Positions 1 to 13,609 of a DNA stretch of 64,000 nt are shown piece after piece. The stretch spans positions 7,750,001 through 7,814,000 of the forward strand of contig NC_043007.1 in NCBI RefSeq assembly GCF_006345805.1. Direction: 5' to 3'. Within the stretch, counting starts at the first letter, position 1. Each line of letters starts with the position of its first letter. The notes below the pieces were generated by a model, which was not told the origin of the DNA, did not search any database, and saw nothing but the letters and a program-made list of their open reading frames with translations. A program made the position numbers and the translations under genes. Origin of the DNA: Octopus sinensis (taxonomy: Eukaryota).

Positions 1-625
1 AATACTTGTAATGTTAGAATCGGGAAACACAAATGCTTCATCGTTAGCACAAACCCTTTCAATCAGATATTAAATTTAAGAGCAGAAAATCAACGCAGGA
101 AACCTTCTCTACTTGAAGTTACTGATTTTGTTTCTAATACTTTTCTGGTTCGCTTAATATTCCTGCTGTTTCTTATAATACTACTACTTCTATTATTAAA
201 AATAATGGGGACCATATTAGAAAACTAATGCAGAATGTAGTGTTAAGAGTAGCAACCGTATTCGATATATTAATTATAACAATGAAAAGGTGGGTATTAA
301 TAAGCCCATTCGTCTAGGTTTTAACGATAACCACATTCACATTAGCAATAATGGTAGATTTAGTACTCATAACAAGAAGAGCAGTATATTAGGTTCTAAT
401 ATTGGTTCATGTGATATAAATAGTAGTTTAACTATCACTTCGGAAAATAACAATAATAGGAGTAACGATAATTGTAATTTAATATGAGATAAAAAGAAAT
501 GCAACTGTAAAGCACTTAATAAATGTCCCGTGAATGGTTATTGCTAGAGATATAACGTAGTCTACAATTGCACCGTACGTTAAAGACAACAAAGTACAAC
601 CAGAATATGTGTGTATGCATAAAAT

Positions 626-920
<295 letters not shown>

Positions 921-1364
921 TGATATGGGGGTGGGGGTGTCGACTTTAAGAGAGGATTTTTCATTCTACATTAGCTAATCGTATATACTATCCTAAGAAC
1001 AACATGTCTTTCAACATTATTTGGTCCATTATTAAAACATAAAAGGCCGCACCAAGGTGTCTGAACACTTTCCATCTCTCTAGCAAAGAGTCTATCGAGA
1101 TCTTAGAGAGAATTAGCATCGTTTTCTGAACCGTCCAAGGGAAGCTATCACCTTTTCTATGCATTATTTTCTAAAACCTTTGTTTTTCGCCATACGTTCC
1201 ATCTGATTTAGATAAGTATTCGCCTCTACGATTACTTTTCTATCAACCTGCCTTAGTTTTTTTTTCGGATTCCTCGGCTTTATCCTTAGTATTCTCTGAT
1301 ATCGAACCTTTATATTTATTTATGTCCTTTATAAATGAGTATTTATAGGATTATATAACTATTA

Positions 1365-1750
1365 GTGGAGGCGCAATGGCCCAGTGGTTAGGGCAGCGGA
1401 CTCGCGGTCGTAGGATCGCGGTTTCGATTCCCAGACCGGGCGTTATGAGTGTTTATTGAGCGAAAACGCCGAAAGCTCAACGAGCCTCCGTCAGTGGGTA
1501 GTGGCGAACCCTGCTATACTCTTTCACCACAACTTTCTCTCACTCTTTCTTCTTGTTTCTCTTGTACCTGTATTTCAAAGGCCAGCCTTGTCACACTTTG
1601 TGTCACACTGACTCTCCTTGAGAACTTCGTTAAGGGTACGCATATCTGTGGAGTGCTCAGCCACTTGCACTTTAATTTCACGAGCAGGCTGTTCCGTTGA
1701 TCGGATCAACTGGAACCTTCGTCGTCGCAACCGACGGGGTGCCACAAAAA
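1365..1750 (+). mobile_element. tRNA-derived SINE, family A (resembles octopus OR-type SINEs)
   Basis: Pol III A box tggcccagtgg and B-box-like gtttcgattcc; near-identical copies at 21032-21399 and 53317-53680; imperfect TSD tataactatt/tataattatt. Confidence 0.85.
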
Positions 1751-2204
1751 ATATAATTATTTATTTGTTCGATAATTTATAGAATTGTAATTATGTAGTC
1801 ACTCCTTAGACTTTCCTAAGTTGACCGTCTGTTTGCTCTATTTTTATTTGCACCCTTTTCTTAATGTTTTCCCGAATCATTCACGCCTTGCATGCATGGA
1901 TGATCTTTAAACAGTTTGATAGCTAAGCCTTTTGGCAGTCTTTCGCTCAGCAGGTGATCTATTAGATTTTCTTTAATTTATTTTTGTTAATACTTCTACC
2001 ATATACCCTTGTAGCCTTATACACTCTGCTGTATCGCACCATTGTCTTTTGAACAACAAGCCAACATCTTTCTCTTATAGCTACTCCGCCATCTCGCCGC
2101 TCTCTCCATCCTCTGTTCTCACAAATATTTTTTGTTCTTCTCTTGTATATCTCCCTCCACCGATTATTTTGATCACGCTCTTTTTAAAACTCTCTGTATT
2201 CCCT

Positions 2205-2625
2205 TTTTTTTTTACTACCCACAAGGGGCTAAACACAGAAGGGACAAACAAGGTCAGCAGACAAATGGATTAAGTCGATTACATCGACCCAAGTGATTAA
2301 CTGGTACTTATTTAATCGACACCGAAAGGATGAAAGGCAAACTCGACCTCGGCGGAATTTGAACTCAGAACGTAGCGGCAGACGAAATACCTATTTCTTT
2401 ACTACCCACAAGGGGCTAAACAGAGAGGGGGCAAACAAGGACAGACATAGGTATTAAGTCGATTACATCGACTCCAGTGCGTAACTGGTATTTATTTAAT
2501 CGACCCCGAAAGGATGAAAGGCAAAGTCGATCTCGGCGGAATTTGAACTCAGAACGTAGCGGCAAACGAAATACCTCTAAGCATTTTGCCCGGCGTGCTA
2601 ACGTCTCTGCCAGCTCGCCGCCTTC
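2205..2625 (-). mobile_element. SINE family B (Deu/Nin-like core), tandem dimer
   Basis: Minus-strand core cctttcatcctttcggggtcgattaaataaataccag; ~185-bp internal unit duplicated (2215-2400, 2401-2580). Confidence 0.8.
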
Positions 2626-2657
2626 TCTGTATTACCTGCGCTATTATTTTCCATTCC

Positions 2658-2734
<77 letters not shown>

Positions 2735-3103
2735 ACTCTCTGCTTCTATCGGACTACAGACTTTATTTTTCTTGCTTTCTGCTTAATTAAATTTATATAC
2801 ACATCTGTATAACTAATCTTAAAATTCATTGACGCCATTAGCAAGCCCCTGTCCGTCTTTATTTTACTTTCATTAACTTCACCAGCGCATTTCCTCTGGC
2901 CAGCTCCAGCTTACTTCGAATACGTCTCCCATCATTTGACGTTGGATTTTAGACATTCAGTCGGAGATCTGTTCACTAATCTGTGTCTATTACGTGCCTT
3001 TTAACGCACACTTATCCATTACACACACACACATATACAATACATACATACATACATACATACTGTATATATGCATATATATGTACGTATACATATGTAG
3101 ATA

Positions 3104-3169
<66 letters not shown>

Positions 3170-4903
3170 TGTATGTATGTATGTTTGTATGTATGTATGT
3201 ATGTGCAGAAATAGATATAGAAAATGCTTGACATAGGGAGATAGAGACAAGGAGACGGACATCTTTTATGCAAATTTCTCAATTTAAATATTTTCCTCTC
3301 ACAAACTTTTAGTCTTCGTTTACAAAATCTACGCCGACTCTTTTATAAGCAGTCGGGCAATTAGAATTGCATATGTATGCACGCTTCACTGCCACAGTAA
3401 GATAAAACTGTGAGCTTGCCACCAGGTTATCAAAACACCTTGGTTTTTGCGCCAAGAGGATTTCTTTACTTCTCATGTTCTGATGTCTTTTTATAAACTA
3501 TGTCTCTTTCATCCATGTTTTTCAACTCTTCTTAACTGATTCGTTATTATAACATTTCCTTTTCAAAATATTTCTCCTCCGGCTTTAGAAATCAAAACAA
3601 AAAAAAAAGGTAAATTATTTTTATTTGATTCCGATATTTTCTCTAAAAATTACCTGGTTTCTTGGATGTAGAAGAGAAATGATGCGGTTAATTTACCAGA
3701 TGTTTATTGGCTGTTTTTAAGCAACCAGACAGATTACTGTCGGCTCTCTTGTTGCTTACTGACGAATTCCAGCCATATATACAATCAGTGGATGTCCCAA
3801 TATGGCCTTTTGTTAAAGAATAATGGTAGGTAAGAGCGATGATGTCTCCGGTGGAAGTCTAACCGTTGACGAAAATCAAACAGTTGACCTATTCTGGAAG
3901 ACTTTCAAACAGGACCTATGTTAAACTTCCAGAAATTCCATGGCCTGGCTGTACTGCGATGGGGGAAGCACTGTCGGCACGGGAAAAGCTCCACCGACCG
4001 ACATGGTAGTGCCGTCATCCGGGTCAGGTCGAGATGGTTGATTCTTGCCATGGCGCCCGGTGTTTACTTGCAGACTGTTTACACTCACCACCCTCGCCTT
4101 TTCAATAGTTATGATTTTTATTGAACATAGAGAGGAATCGAAATTGAAATTAATAAGATTCTACATCACAAACTCTCAAACTAACAAACACATCTTCCTG
4201 TACATTTGCTTCCATTCATGTTAACGCTCAGTCACAATGTCTTGCCACGTCTACAGCAACCTAACGTTATTCAATACTGCTTCATGTTTGCAGCTTCAAT
4301 CTTAACCTCACATCATTTCCTCTATTGTCTCTTTATTATAAGCCTTTGATAAATTATCGGTCAAGCCGATTCGTTTTTACATTCCAAATATTAATTCTTG
4401 TGCTGTTTCTAAAAGACAATGTAAGCAGTGAAATTTTCCAATGTCCACGATAAATATTCCAGAAATTTCAGACCACAGATTCTCCGTATTCTACAACACC
4501 TGGCGTCCAATATGGCGGACATTTGGAACAGTGTTCTTTTACCAACGAGAAAATCAATATTTTATTTTTCTGTTATTAATTTTAAAGATTATATACAAAT
4601 AACTTTTGTTGTTATATTTACTGAGTTCATATTATGATAAGATCTGCGATGCCTTTCATCACTCTGGGTCGATAAAACATCACTCAAGTACTGTGATCGA
4701 TGTAATCGATGATGTCCCTTTCTTCAAAATTCTAAAACATGGAACTAATTTTGAAACACAATTATGAATGGCTGTGTGGTAACAAGTTTGCTTCCCAACC
4801 ACATGGTTCTGGCTTCCCTTCTATTGTATGACAATTGGACAAATGTTTTCTACTATAGCCCAAGGCCAAGCAATGGTCTCCTCTGTGGAAACTGAAAGCC
4901 CCT

Positions 4904-4967
<64 letters not shown>

Positions 4968-5050
4968 CCCAAATATAACTACAGGTGGATTATTGGCGAT
5001 TGTTTTCCTCTGTCTTCTTAATCTCTTGGACTTCCATCTGTTTCCTAATT

Positions 5051-5077
5051 CTGAAGAAAAGTTTTGCTCGAAACGTA
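5051..5077 (+). ncRNA. Degenerate minimal hammerhead ribozyme motif
   Basis: CUGAAGA-aaagttttgctc-GAAAC-GUA; stems I and II eroded. Confidence 0.4.
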
Positions 5078-5123
5078 AAACACCCTTTCTTTCCTTCCTT
5101 CAGTGTCGTTTAATACTTTACAT

Positions 5124-5155
<32 letters not shown>

Positions 5156-5158
<3 letters not shown>

Positions 5159-5449
5159 AGACGCAATGGTTAGGGCAGCAGACTCGCGGTCGTAAGATAG
5201 CGGTTTCGATTCCCAGACCGGGAGTTGTGAGTGTTTATTGAGCGAAAACACCTGAAGCTCTACGGGGCTCCGGCAGATGGTGATAGCGATCCCTGCTGTA
5301 CTCTCTCGCCACAACTTTCTCTCAATCTTTCTTCTGTTGGCCTGCTCGCTTAGCCAGCGGGGTGGCCTCATTTGAAAGCTAAAACAATGTGAAGCGCATT
5401 GTGACCAGCGATGTGTAGCAACATCTGATAGCCTGGTCGGTCACGGTGA
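5156..5449 (+). mobile_element. tRNA-derived SINE, family A head with a different tail
   Basis: Head matches 1365-1540; distinct 3' part ending cggtcacggtga into (TA)n. Confidence 0.8.
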
Positions 5450-5457
5450 TCAGGGTG

Positions 5458-5488
<31 letters not shown>

Positions 5489-5491
5489 CAT

Positions 5492-5528
<37 letters not shown>

Positions 5529-5845
5529 CTTACATACAGTATACACGCAAACATATGTACACATGTATACACATAAATACGGTGTACGTATATATATTTT
5601 TGTATGTATGTATGTATACGCATACATGTATGTGTATGCAGAAATTAGACGAGCTGCTGAAAAGCGCGCATCGCTAGTGAATTGAACAGGAGACGCAGCT
5701 TGACCTGCAATAGCTGTGAATATGTGCATCTTTTTAAATACTGGACACATTGGTCAACTGCAGAGTTCTACATTTTGCCTGATTGCACAATATTCTTGAT
5801 GGACAGTGATGCTCTTTCTCGAACACGAGTGAATAGACGTCATTC

Positions 5846-5888
<43 letters not shown>

Positions 5889-6286
5889 TTCATTCAAGTG
5901 CTAAAAGTTTGAAAGCGGAGCTGCGGCGGCACTCGCTCGCTGCCGCCTTTGTTAAATCACCCAATCAACGCAACGCCAACCAGTTGCTATCCAACAAACA
6001 CTGATCCACTCTTTAGCTTTCACTTCGTCAAATTTTATCTGCATTTTTCTTGTCTTCCCACTCATTCTCTCTTACTTTCTCTCTTTCTTTGTTTTTCTCT
6101 CTATCACCCTCTCTTTCGCCCTCTCTCTCTCTCTCTCCTTCTTTCTGTCTCCCTCTCTGTGCGCAACATAATGCGCTCTTTTCACACATACAGGAAGACA
6201 CTCGAGCACACAGATATACATACATACAACACTCAAGCATACACGCACACACACACACACACACACATGTATATATTTATACTTAA

Positions 6287-6340
<54 letters not shown>

Positions 6341-9300
6341 GTACTTCTAATGCATTAACTGATTTATTTATACTTTTAGCTCTCATACAGTCCATTTATT
6401 CATGATTTACTTCCGTATGGCTGTTGGAATCGCACTATCAGTTGGGCGACAAATGGTTTCAATTTTACGGACGCTATTTTTCGAAACAAAATGACATTTC
6501 CAAATGAAAATATAATTATTTCTAAACGAAAAATACAATCCGATATAATGCATTAATAAGCTTCCATGTAAAAATAATGGCGTCGCTTCCGGTGTCACGC
6601 TTGTCCTGATTTAATGATTGCGTTAATGCTCCTGACTTGCTGGATTGTTATGAACTTCATTCGTCGGTTAAAGTGACGCTAGCCAAGTCAATTGATAGTT
6701 TACCGGAAGTCAAACAATCTAATAAAGGAGGATCTACGAGATCATTCAAAATGCGAGAAATACCCGAACGAATCTCATTCAAATCGCATCCTAGCTTCGT
6801 CAAAAAAAAAGAGAAAGGAATGAGTTAGATAATGTCATCCTAGATGTACTATTTCTGAAAAAGGGCGCTAGTTTATTTTTATTGAGTGGATCTAGAGTAA
6901 AGGCATTGCCCTTAGCTTTTACTGGTTCCTCCAAGAACGATGTATTTGATGTGTGTCTTTTACATTTGTCAGTCAACACTTTCAGGGATGACATAAGCTG
7001 TGTGGAAGCTCCAGAGGACCGATGCTGTGCGGAGAATGGGAAGTGCTGGCCGTAGTGATTAGTTCGGGCCCTAGACGATAGTTGAACACAGCAACAGAGG
7101 GGATGAGAGACAAGGAGGTCAGGAATTGAGTAGAGTTGACATGATCCCGGCCAGCACTGACCAACTGAGGCTATTATAGTATCGGTAGTAAAATCAGAGA
7201 GAGGTGACGGTTTTGCTGAATCAGGGGTAACTGGAAGCGAACTAATAATAAACGGAAACCTGACGAGAATTCGCTGACTTTTTCTTACTTTACCGACCAC
7301 GAAGGCATAAAATACTGATTTGAAATCTTGAATGAAAATAGACAAAGCAATCGATAAGAATAAAATTTCTAGAAAATTACTATTTTTAAATCTCACAACG
7401 TGAAATATTCAGCATTACTTCTTTGTAGTAAAGATTGTTTGCCGACATAACATGGCAGATATTGTTTTGAGCTGAGTGGGGGTGCTAGATTCCCTTGTTC
7501 GAAAATATAAGGACACAGATCGTGTCGTATAGCCAGCTGGAGATGATGTCTCCTGGGGCTAATTACGGCAACATTCGTCCTAAACCAGGACTGCCATGTT
7601 ATGTTGGCAAACAATCTTTACTATAAAATTTCTAGTCTACCTTTGTATCACCTGCTCCAACTTTGCTTCTTATTCCAGATTGATTAAATAGATTTCTCAC
7701 GTGAACACAAGTCCAACTATTTGTAAGGGACAAGTACAACAGTCTACATTGACCTGAGTACGTTACGCCTGTTTAGATTTGAACTTTAAGTTAGATTTGA
7801 AATTGGAACGTAGAGAGAAGTAACTAAATATGGAACACGAAACACCGGGTTTAACACAGTAATGTATTATAGGTTTGCACCCCCCCCTCTCTCTCTCTCT
7901 TTGTTACTTTGCAGAATTTATTCAAAAACGTTTTACATATCAATCGTAAGCATAAAAACCACTTCTGTAATAATTCGTAATCGGAAACATAGTCACAGGC
8001 TAAGATTAGTATAGAACGGTTCCAGCGAAATTGTATGCCTAAGACGATCTCTCTGTAACTACATGATTATAGGTTCGATCTCACTGAGCGACACCTTGAG
8101 AATGTGCATTTCTTTTACCAAAAGCAATGAATCGAGTGGAGAAATTTGACATTCGAAAACTGTGTGGAAGCCCATTAGAAGAATTCTTGCTTTAGAGTAA
8201 AAGACCTGATCCTCGTCTGCTTTAACGTCTCTACCTTGGATGCCTTTAGTGGATCTCTGGTCGGAAGATAGTTTCGCTCTTTTTTACGCTTCTAACAGAC
8301 TCTGAGATCCTGATAAGTGTCATGGGTGCCTCGATTTATTCTGTAGCTAAATTAATTATATAAAAGCAAGATTTTAAAAATGCTAAGGAATTTCAGTTAG
8401 TAGAGTTGATCTGAAAATCGCTGTGAATGGAACGGTCGATGCGAGTCTTTAAATAATGGAAGAAGTCATCAGATACCGTTCCTTAATCAGTTGCATTTAT
8501 CATCAAGGGTATATGAGGAATTCAATCAACTCTACTTATAACAATATTTAAACTCTGGCACTAATCCAGCCAAATAATTACCAATAACACGGTGCCTGTA
8601 CTGCCGATGTAGTAGACTAAGATGTTTCGTTCCACTGATCAAGTAGGAGCAAAAACATTCCAGGTGTAAATATTCTTGGCATTTTGGACCACATTTCCAA
8701 GCCTCCTTTCTCTTTGATTTGGAGACGATTTATCTCTCATGTATCTTATTCTTTAATTGGTTTCAGCGTTGGAACCGCGGAACGGCTTTCCAATCACTTT
8801 CAAGAATCGGTTAATCGATGATGCTGAGTTCACTAATTAGGCTGATAATAACTTTATCGATCTTTAAATATTTAATGGCTAAGCTCTGTGTAAAGGGACG
8901 TAACTGAATGATTAAACACTACAAGGTATTGCTGATGTAAGTCGATAGTGTTACTGTGTTCATCATATTTGTGTCTGCAGGATTAAGCGGGTTTACAATA
9001 ATGCTCCATAAACCCTGCATTGTGTTCGCGTCCTACGGCGCGGTTTTGTTTAGTAGAACTGATTGTTGCTTTGTCTATTATGCCTCTGCATTGCATAAAG
9101 AGTCGGGTGGCTATACTCCGGCGTTTCTTCACGTTTCTTCTATTAACATAGTTGGCAATGCGTTACGTTACTTTTCGTGGATGAGATACTGCTGCTAATG
9201 ATACTGACCAGCCGGTGTTAAAGGTATGATAGGCTTTTCTTTTCTTCTTTCTTTTTTCTTTTTTGACTTGACTTATGCATAAATTGTGTTAGGCAATGCT

Positions 9301-9392
9301 TCAATCGGATCTTTAAAACCTGTCCAAGTTTTATATGTGTAGCGATAGTTATGGAGCCAGCTTATTACTTAATTACTTTGTTATATAAAGTA

Positions 9393-9449
<57 letters not shown>

Positions 9450-9492
9450 CAGCAAAATTTATAAGTCCGTTTTAATTGAAAAAATTCTATAT

Positions 9493-9578
9493 GTGGCTGA
9501 AGATTGCTCGACATTTTAAAACTGATATAATACTTACAGTGTTTAATAAAATGAAGTAGCATGAAACGATTGTACTAC
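9493..9578 (+). ncRNA. Type-I hammerhead ribozyme motif with long stem II
   Basis: Stem I GUGG/CUAC; core CUGAAGA (9497-9503); stem II UGCU/AGCA plus CAUUUUA/UAAAAUG; GAAAC (9563-9567) GAUU GUA. A related 3' half lies on the minus strand near 60445-60500. Confidence 0.6.
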
Positions 9579-9611
9579 TCTACCTTGGATATCTTTGTTG
9601 CTTATTTTGAT

Positions 9612-9644
<33 letters not shown>

Positions 9645-9949
9645 AGTATATATATATATACTTGAACTTTATAAAAAAATGAAGACGAAGACAGGTGTAT
9701 TAACAACAAGCAGGTGTATTAGTTTAACGCTCGAGAAAATGAAGTCAAATATATGTGTGTGTGTGTGTTTGTGTGCGCGCGTGCGTTTGTATACCTATAT
9801 ACATATACATAGGTATATTCATAAATGAGTATGTATATATATATATATATATAAGTATATATCTCTACCTATTTACCTATGTATACATACGCACCTAAAG
9901 ATATAATGTTCTTCCACGGAGACCCAATTTCATTCAACAGGGACAAATA

Positions 9950-11235
9950 ACTTACATTGGTTTCGGCCATTATCACTAGGTAGCACCACCTGGAAATGTT
10001 TTTAGTTAATTATTTTGGCACACCATGGACCACTGGACCAGAGAGTAGTTGTTGGTTGAGACGTATCCAGGTGTAGGTGGTTTGTCCGGTATTTCCTGGA
10101 GGAATTTGTCCAGGTACCGTTTGGAAGTTGTGGGGTCTTTTTCTACTTTAATTTCTATCGGGATAACATTAAAAAGTGCAGGACCATTTGCAGTGAAGAA
10201 ATTGTGTTGCAATGTTCTTATGTGATGTGATCTCGACCTTTGTAGGGGACGCATTGCATGGGGCCTAGTCTTGGGAGAATTGTAAACATAATACCGATAT
10301 CATTTGGATAAAATATGGTGGCCTTGCAGAGAACAGGGCTTCAGCTGTTTAAGTCGAGCCCAATAATCAAGTTCCAGTATGCCATATATTGTTTTTGTGA
10401 TTGATCCTTTTGGCGCTTCGATCCTCTTTATGTCTTGTTTTTATAATTTTTTTTCTTTTTATAAGAGGACCACAACGGGCAGCAGTATTCGAGGTGAGGC
10501 CTAACTAATGTGGAGAAGAGAAGGATGATGGTTTCATGTTCCCTAGATTGAAAAGTTCCGAGGATCCATGAGCACATTCTGCGGGCAACATCGACTTGTT
10601 TGATGATGTTGCACACTCCAGCTAAGTTTACTGTCGGCGATTACACCTAAGTCTCTGATATTATCCGACGGTTCAAGTAGGTCTCCCGACAGAGGTGTAT
10701 ATGGTTGTTTGAGTGTGCCCTCTCTTCCAAAGTGGATGAGCTCAAATGTTTCTTCATTCAACTGCATATTGTTTTTATTTTTGTGCCCACTGGGTTACTG
10801 CGCATGGGTCCGATTGAAGCCTCGTTCGATCATCTGCTCCCTTAATGACTTTCTGGAGCTTAGAGTCATATGCAAAAATTTTAACGGTGCTATGTTCAAT
10901 GGAATCGGCAATGTCATTGATATAGAGAATAAAAAGAAGTGGACCCAGCACAGTACCATGCGGAACTCCGCTGATGACTTTTGGTAGTCCTGAGTGGATG
11001 CCATCAACCACCACATGCCGGGTCCTGTTTGTTAGGAAATAACTAATCCATTGATGTTGCTCTTCACCGACTCCAGCGTTGGAGAGTTTCTTGAACAGTA
11101 TGTTGTGGTCGACTCTGTCAAAGGCCTTGCTGAAATCAAGGGATATGCCATCCTCGTTGGAGCCCTCACTTAGTGCATTTAAGATGTCATCAAAATGGTG
11201 GAGGAGTTTGTTAGACAGTTCCTCCCATCACGAAT
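9950..11235 (-). mobile_element. 5'-truncated CR1/L2-group LINE, RT domain to 3' end, frameshifted
   Basis: Fragments DFSKAFDRVDH, SGVPHGTVLGPLLFILYINDI, IFAYDSKL (degenerate YADD), LVRPHLEYCCPLW, GPALFNVIP. Confidence 0.9.
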
Positions 11236-12119
11236 GCCAAGCTAGTTGCAATTTAGATGAATTATTCGAAGCTATGGTACTGATCATTGTATCCTAGGCG
11301 TCGAGCAAGTGGAGACGATCGTAGGAGCACGTGGCTGTGAAGCAAACGTTATAGAAACCCGGCCATACACGACCACCCAGCATCTAATTCCATGCATCAC
11401 ATCTAAATTTATTTTATCTATCGGAAGGATTTCGCCTACCGTAACTTTTTTCAATTCTCCCAGATAAACAGAAGCAAAATATTATCCAGATTTTCTTTTC
11501 ATTTCTTTCTTTCTTTTAGTATTTTTTATATTTCTTCTTAAACCAATTTCAGAATCTCAAGTCAACGTTGCAAAATTATCAACCAATTATAATGTGAATG
11601 AAAGGCAGGAAAAAGTTTCTTTTGAAGGAGAAAGAGAAAAAGAAACAGTATTTACGAATCTTGTTTTATAAAAACATAACTTAAATATACCTAAACATTG
11701 ATAAGATTTCGAATTTTCTTTTAAATCGTTTTATTTTTATTTTTCAAATAATTTTGTCTCATCTTACTAATTTTGTAAATCTGTGCTAATTTAGAATGAA
11801 AAAAGAATTTCAAAAAGCAAAAGAGCTAAGGGAAGAATGAAGTTTTAAACAAAACAAAGATAACGAACAGATTTTTTTTTTCTCATGTAAAAGAATTTAT
11901 TCCTTTATTTTATAAGATTTTCATTTTATTTTATTATATTTTATGTTCTTGTTTTTCTCTTTGCAGGGATTGGATGAAAGAGAAACATAGCAGAAGCGGC
12001 GCAGCTGATTTTAAACAACATCGGAATACATAGAGCAGAACAGAGGATACGAAATGCACAGAATGTATAAGAAACTTATGATTGTGTACAAGGATATATA
12101 TATATGTGGACTATCTGAA

Positions 12120-12160
<41 letters not shown>

Positions 12161-12292
12161 CTAAAAACAAATATATATTTACACGCATGTGAATGTGTGT
12201 GTACACATTGCATTAGATCGTGTAGGTAGGTGTGAACAATATCAAAGAGAAATAGATTCTAAAGCTCTTTCACAATACACTGAATATATACA

Positions 12293-12323
<31 letters not shown>

Positions 12324-12353
12324 GTATATATATATATATATACTACGGGTATA

Positions 12354-12391
<38 letters not shown>

Positions 12392-12738
12392 GATATTAAT
12401 ACAGAGAAAAAATGACCAACTATAACTTTATTCTTACTAATGGCAATATCTCAACAACAGAGTATAATAACAGATTATTATTCTACTAACGCAATGATAT
12501 ATAATAAAGATATATACATATATAGTGTGCATGTATATATGTTTGTATATATATATATATATATGTGTGTGTGTGGTGTGTGTGTTGTGTGTGTGTGTGT
12601 GTGTGTCTAAAAACAAATATATATTTACACGCATGTGAATGTGTGTGTACACATTGCATTAGATCGTGTAGGTAGGTGTGAACAATATCAAAGAGAAATA
12701 GATTCTAAAGCTCTTTCACAATACACTGAATATATACA

Positions 12739-12801
<63 letters not shown>

Positions 12802-12811
12802 TACGGGTATA

Positions 12812-12851
<40 letters not shown>

Positions 12852-13006
12852 GATATTAATACAGAGAAAAAATGACCAACTATAACTTTATTCTTACTAA
12901 TGGCAATATCTCAACAACAGAGTATAATAACAGATTATTATTCTACTAACGCAATGATATATAAATAAAGATATATACATATATAGTGTGCATGTATATA
13001 TGTTTG

Positions 13007-13053
<47 letters not shown>

Positions 13054-13201
13054 CTAAAAACAAATATATATTTACACGCATGTGAATGTGTGTGTACACA
13101 TTGCATTAGATCGTGTAGGTAGGTGTGAACAATATCAAAGAGAAATAGATTCTAAAGCTCTTTCACAATACACTGAATATATACATACATACATACATAC
13201 A

Positions 13202-13232
<31 letters not shown>

Positions 13233-13280
13233 GTATATATATATATATATATATATACTACGGGTATAGTATATATATAT

Positions 13281-13314
<34 letters not shown>

Positions 13315-13472
13315 CATGATATTAATACAGAGAAAAAATGACCAACTATAACTTTATTCTTACTAATGGCAATATCTCAACAACAGAGTATAATAACAGA
13401 TTATTATTCTACTAACGCAATGATATATAAATAAAGATATATACATATATAGTGTGCATGTATATATGTTTG

Positions 13473-13527
<55 letters not shown>
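12161..13527. repeat. Three tandem copies of a ~446-bp microsatellite-rich unit
   Basis: ctaaaaacaaatatatatttacacgc starts at 12161, 12607 and 13054; unique parts essentially identical; units bounded by (TG)n. Confidence 0.95.
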
Positions 13528-13530
<3 letters not shown>

Positions 13531-13609
13531 TATGTACATATATATAAATGTATATCTGTATGTAAGCACGAACATCTATGTACCTATGTCTGAGGGATAT
13601 CAGCCATTG

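Noticed and set aside
5640-5840. Possible mariner catalytic-domain remnant (also 4430-4560, 15530-15640)
   Set aside because: Only faint peptide resemblance, with no TIRs or diagnostic motifs
6800-7396. 198-aa minus-strand ORF
   Set aside because: No recognisable domain; possibly a retroelement 5' region but unsupported
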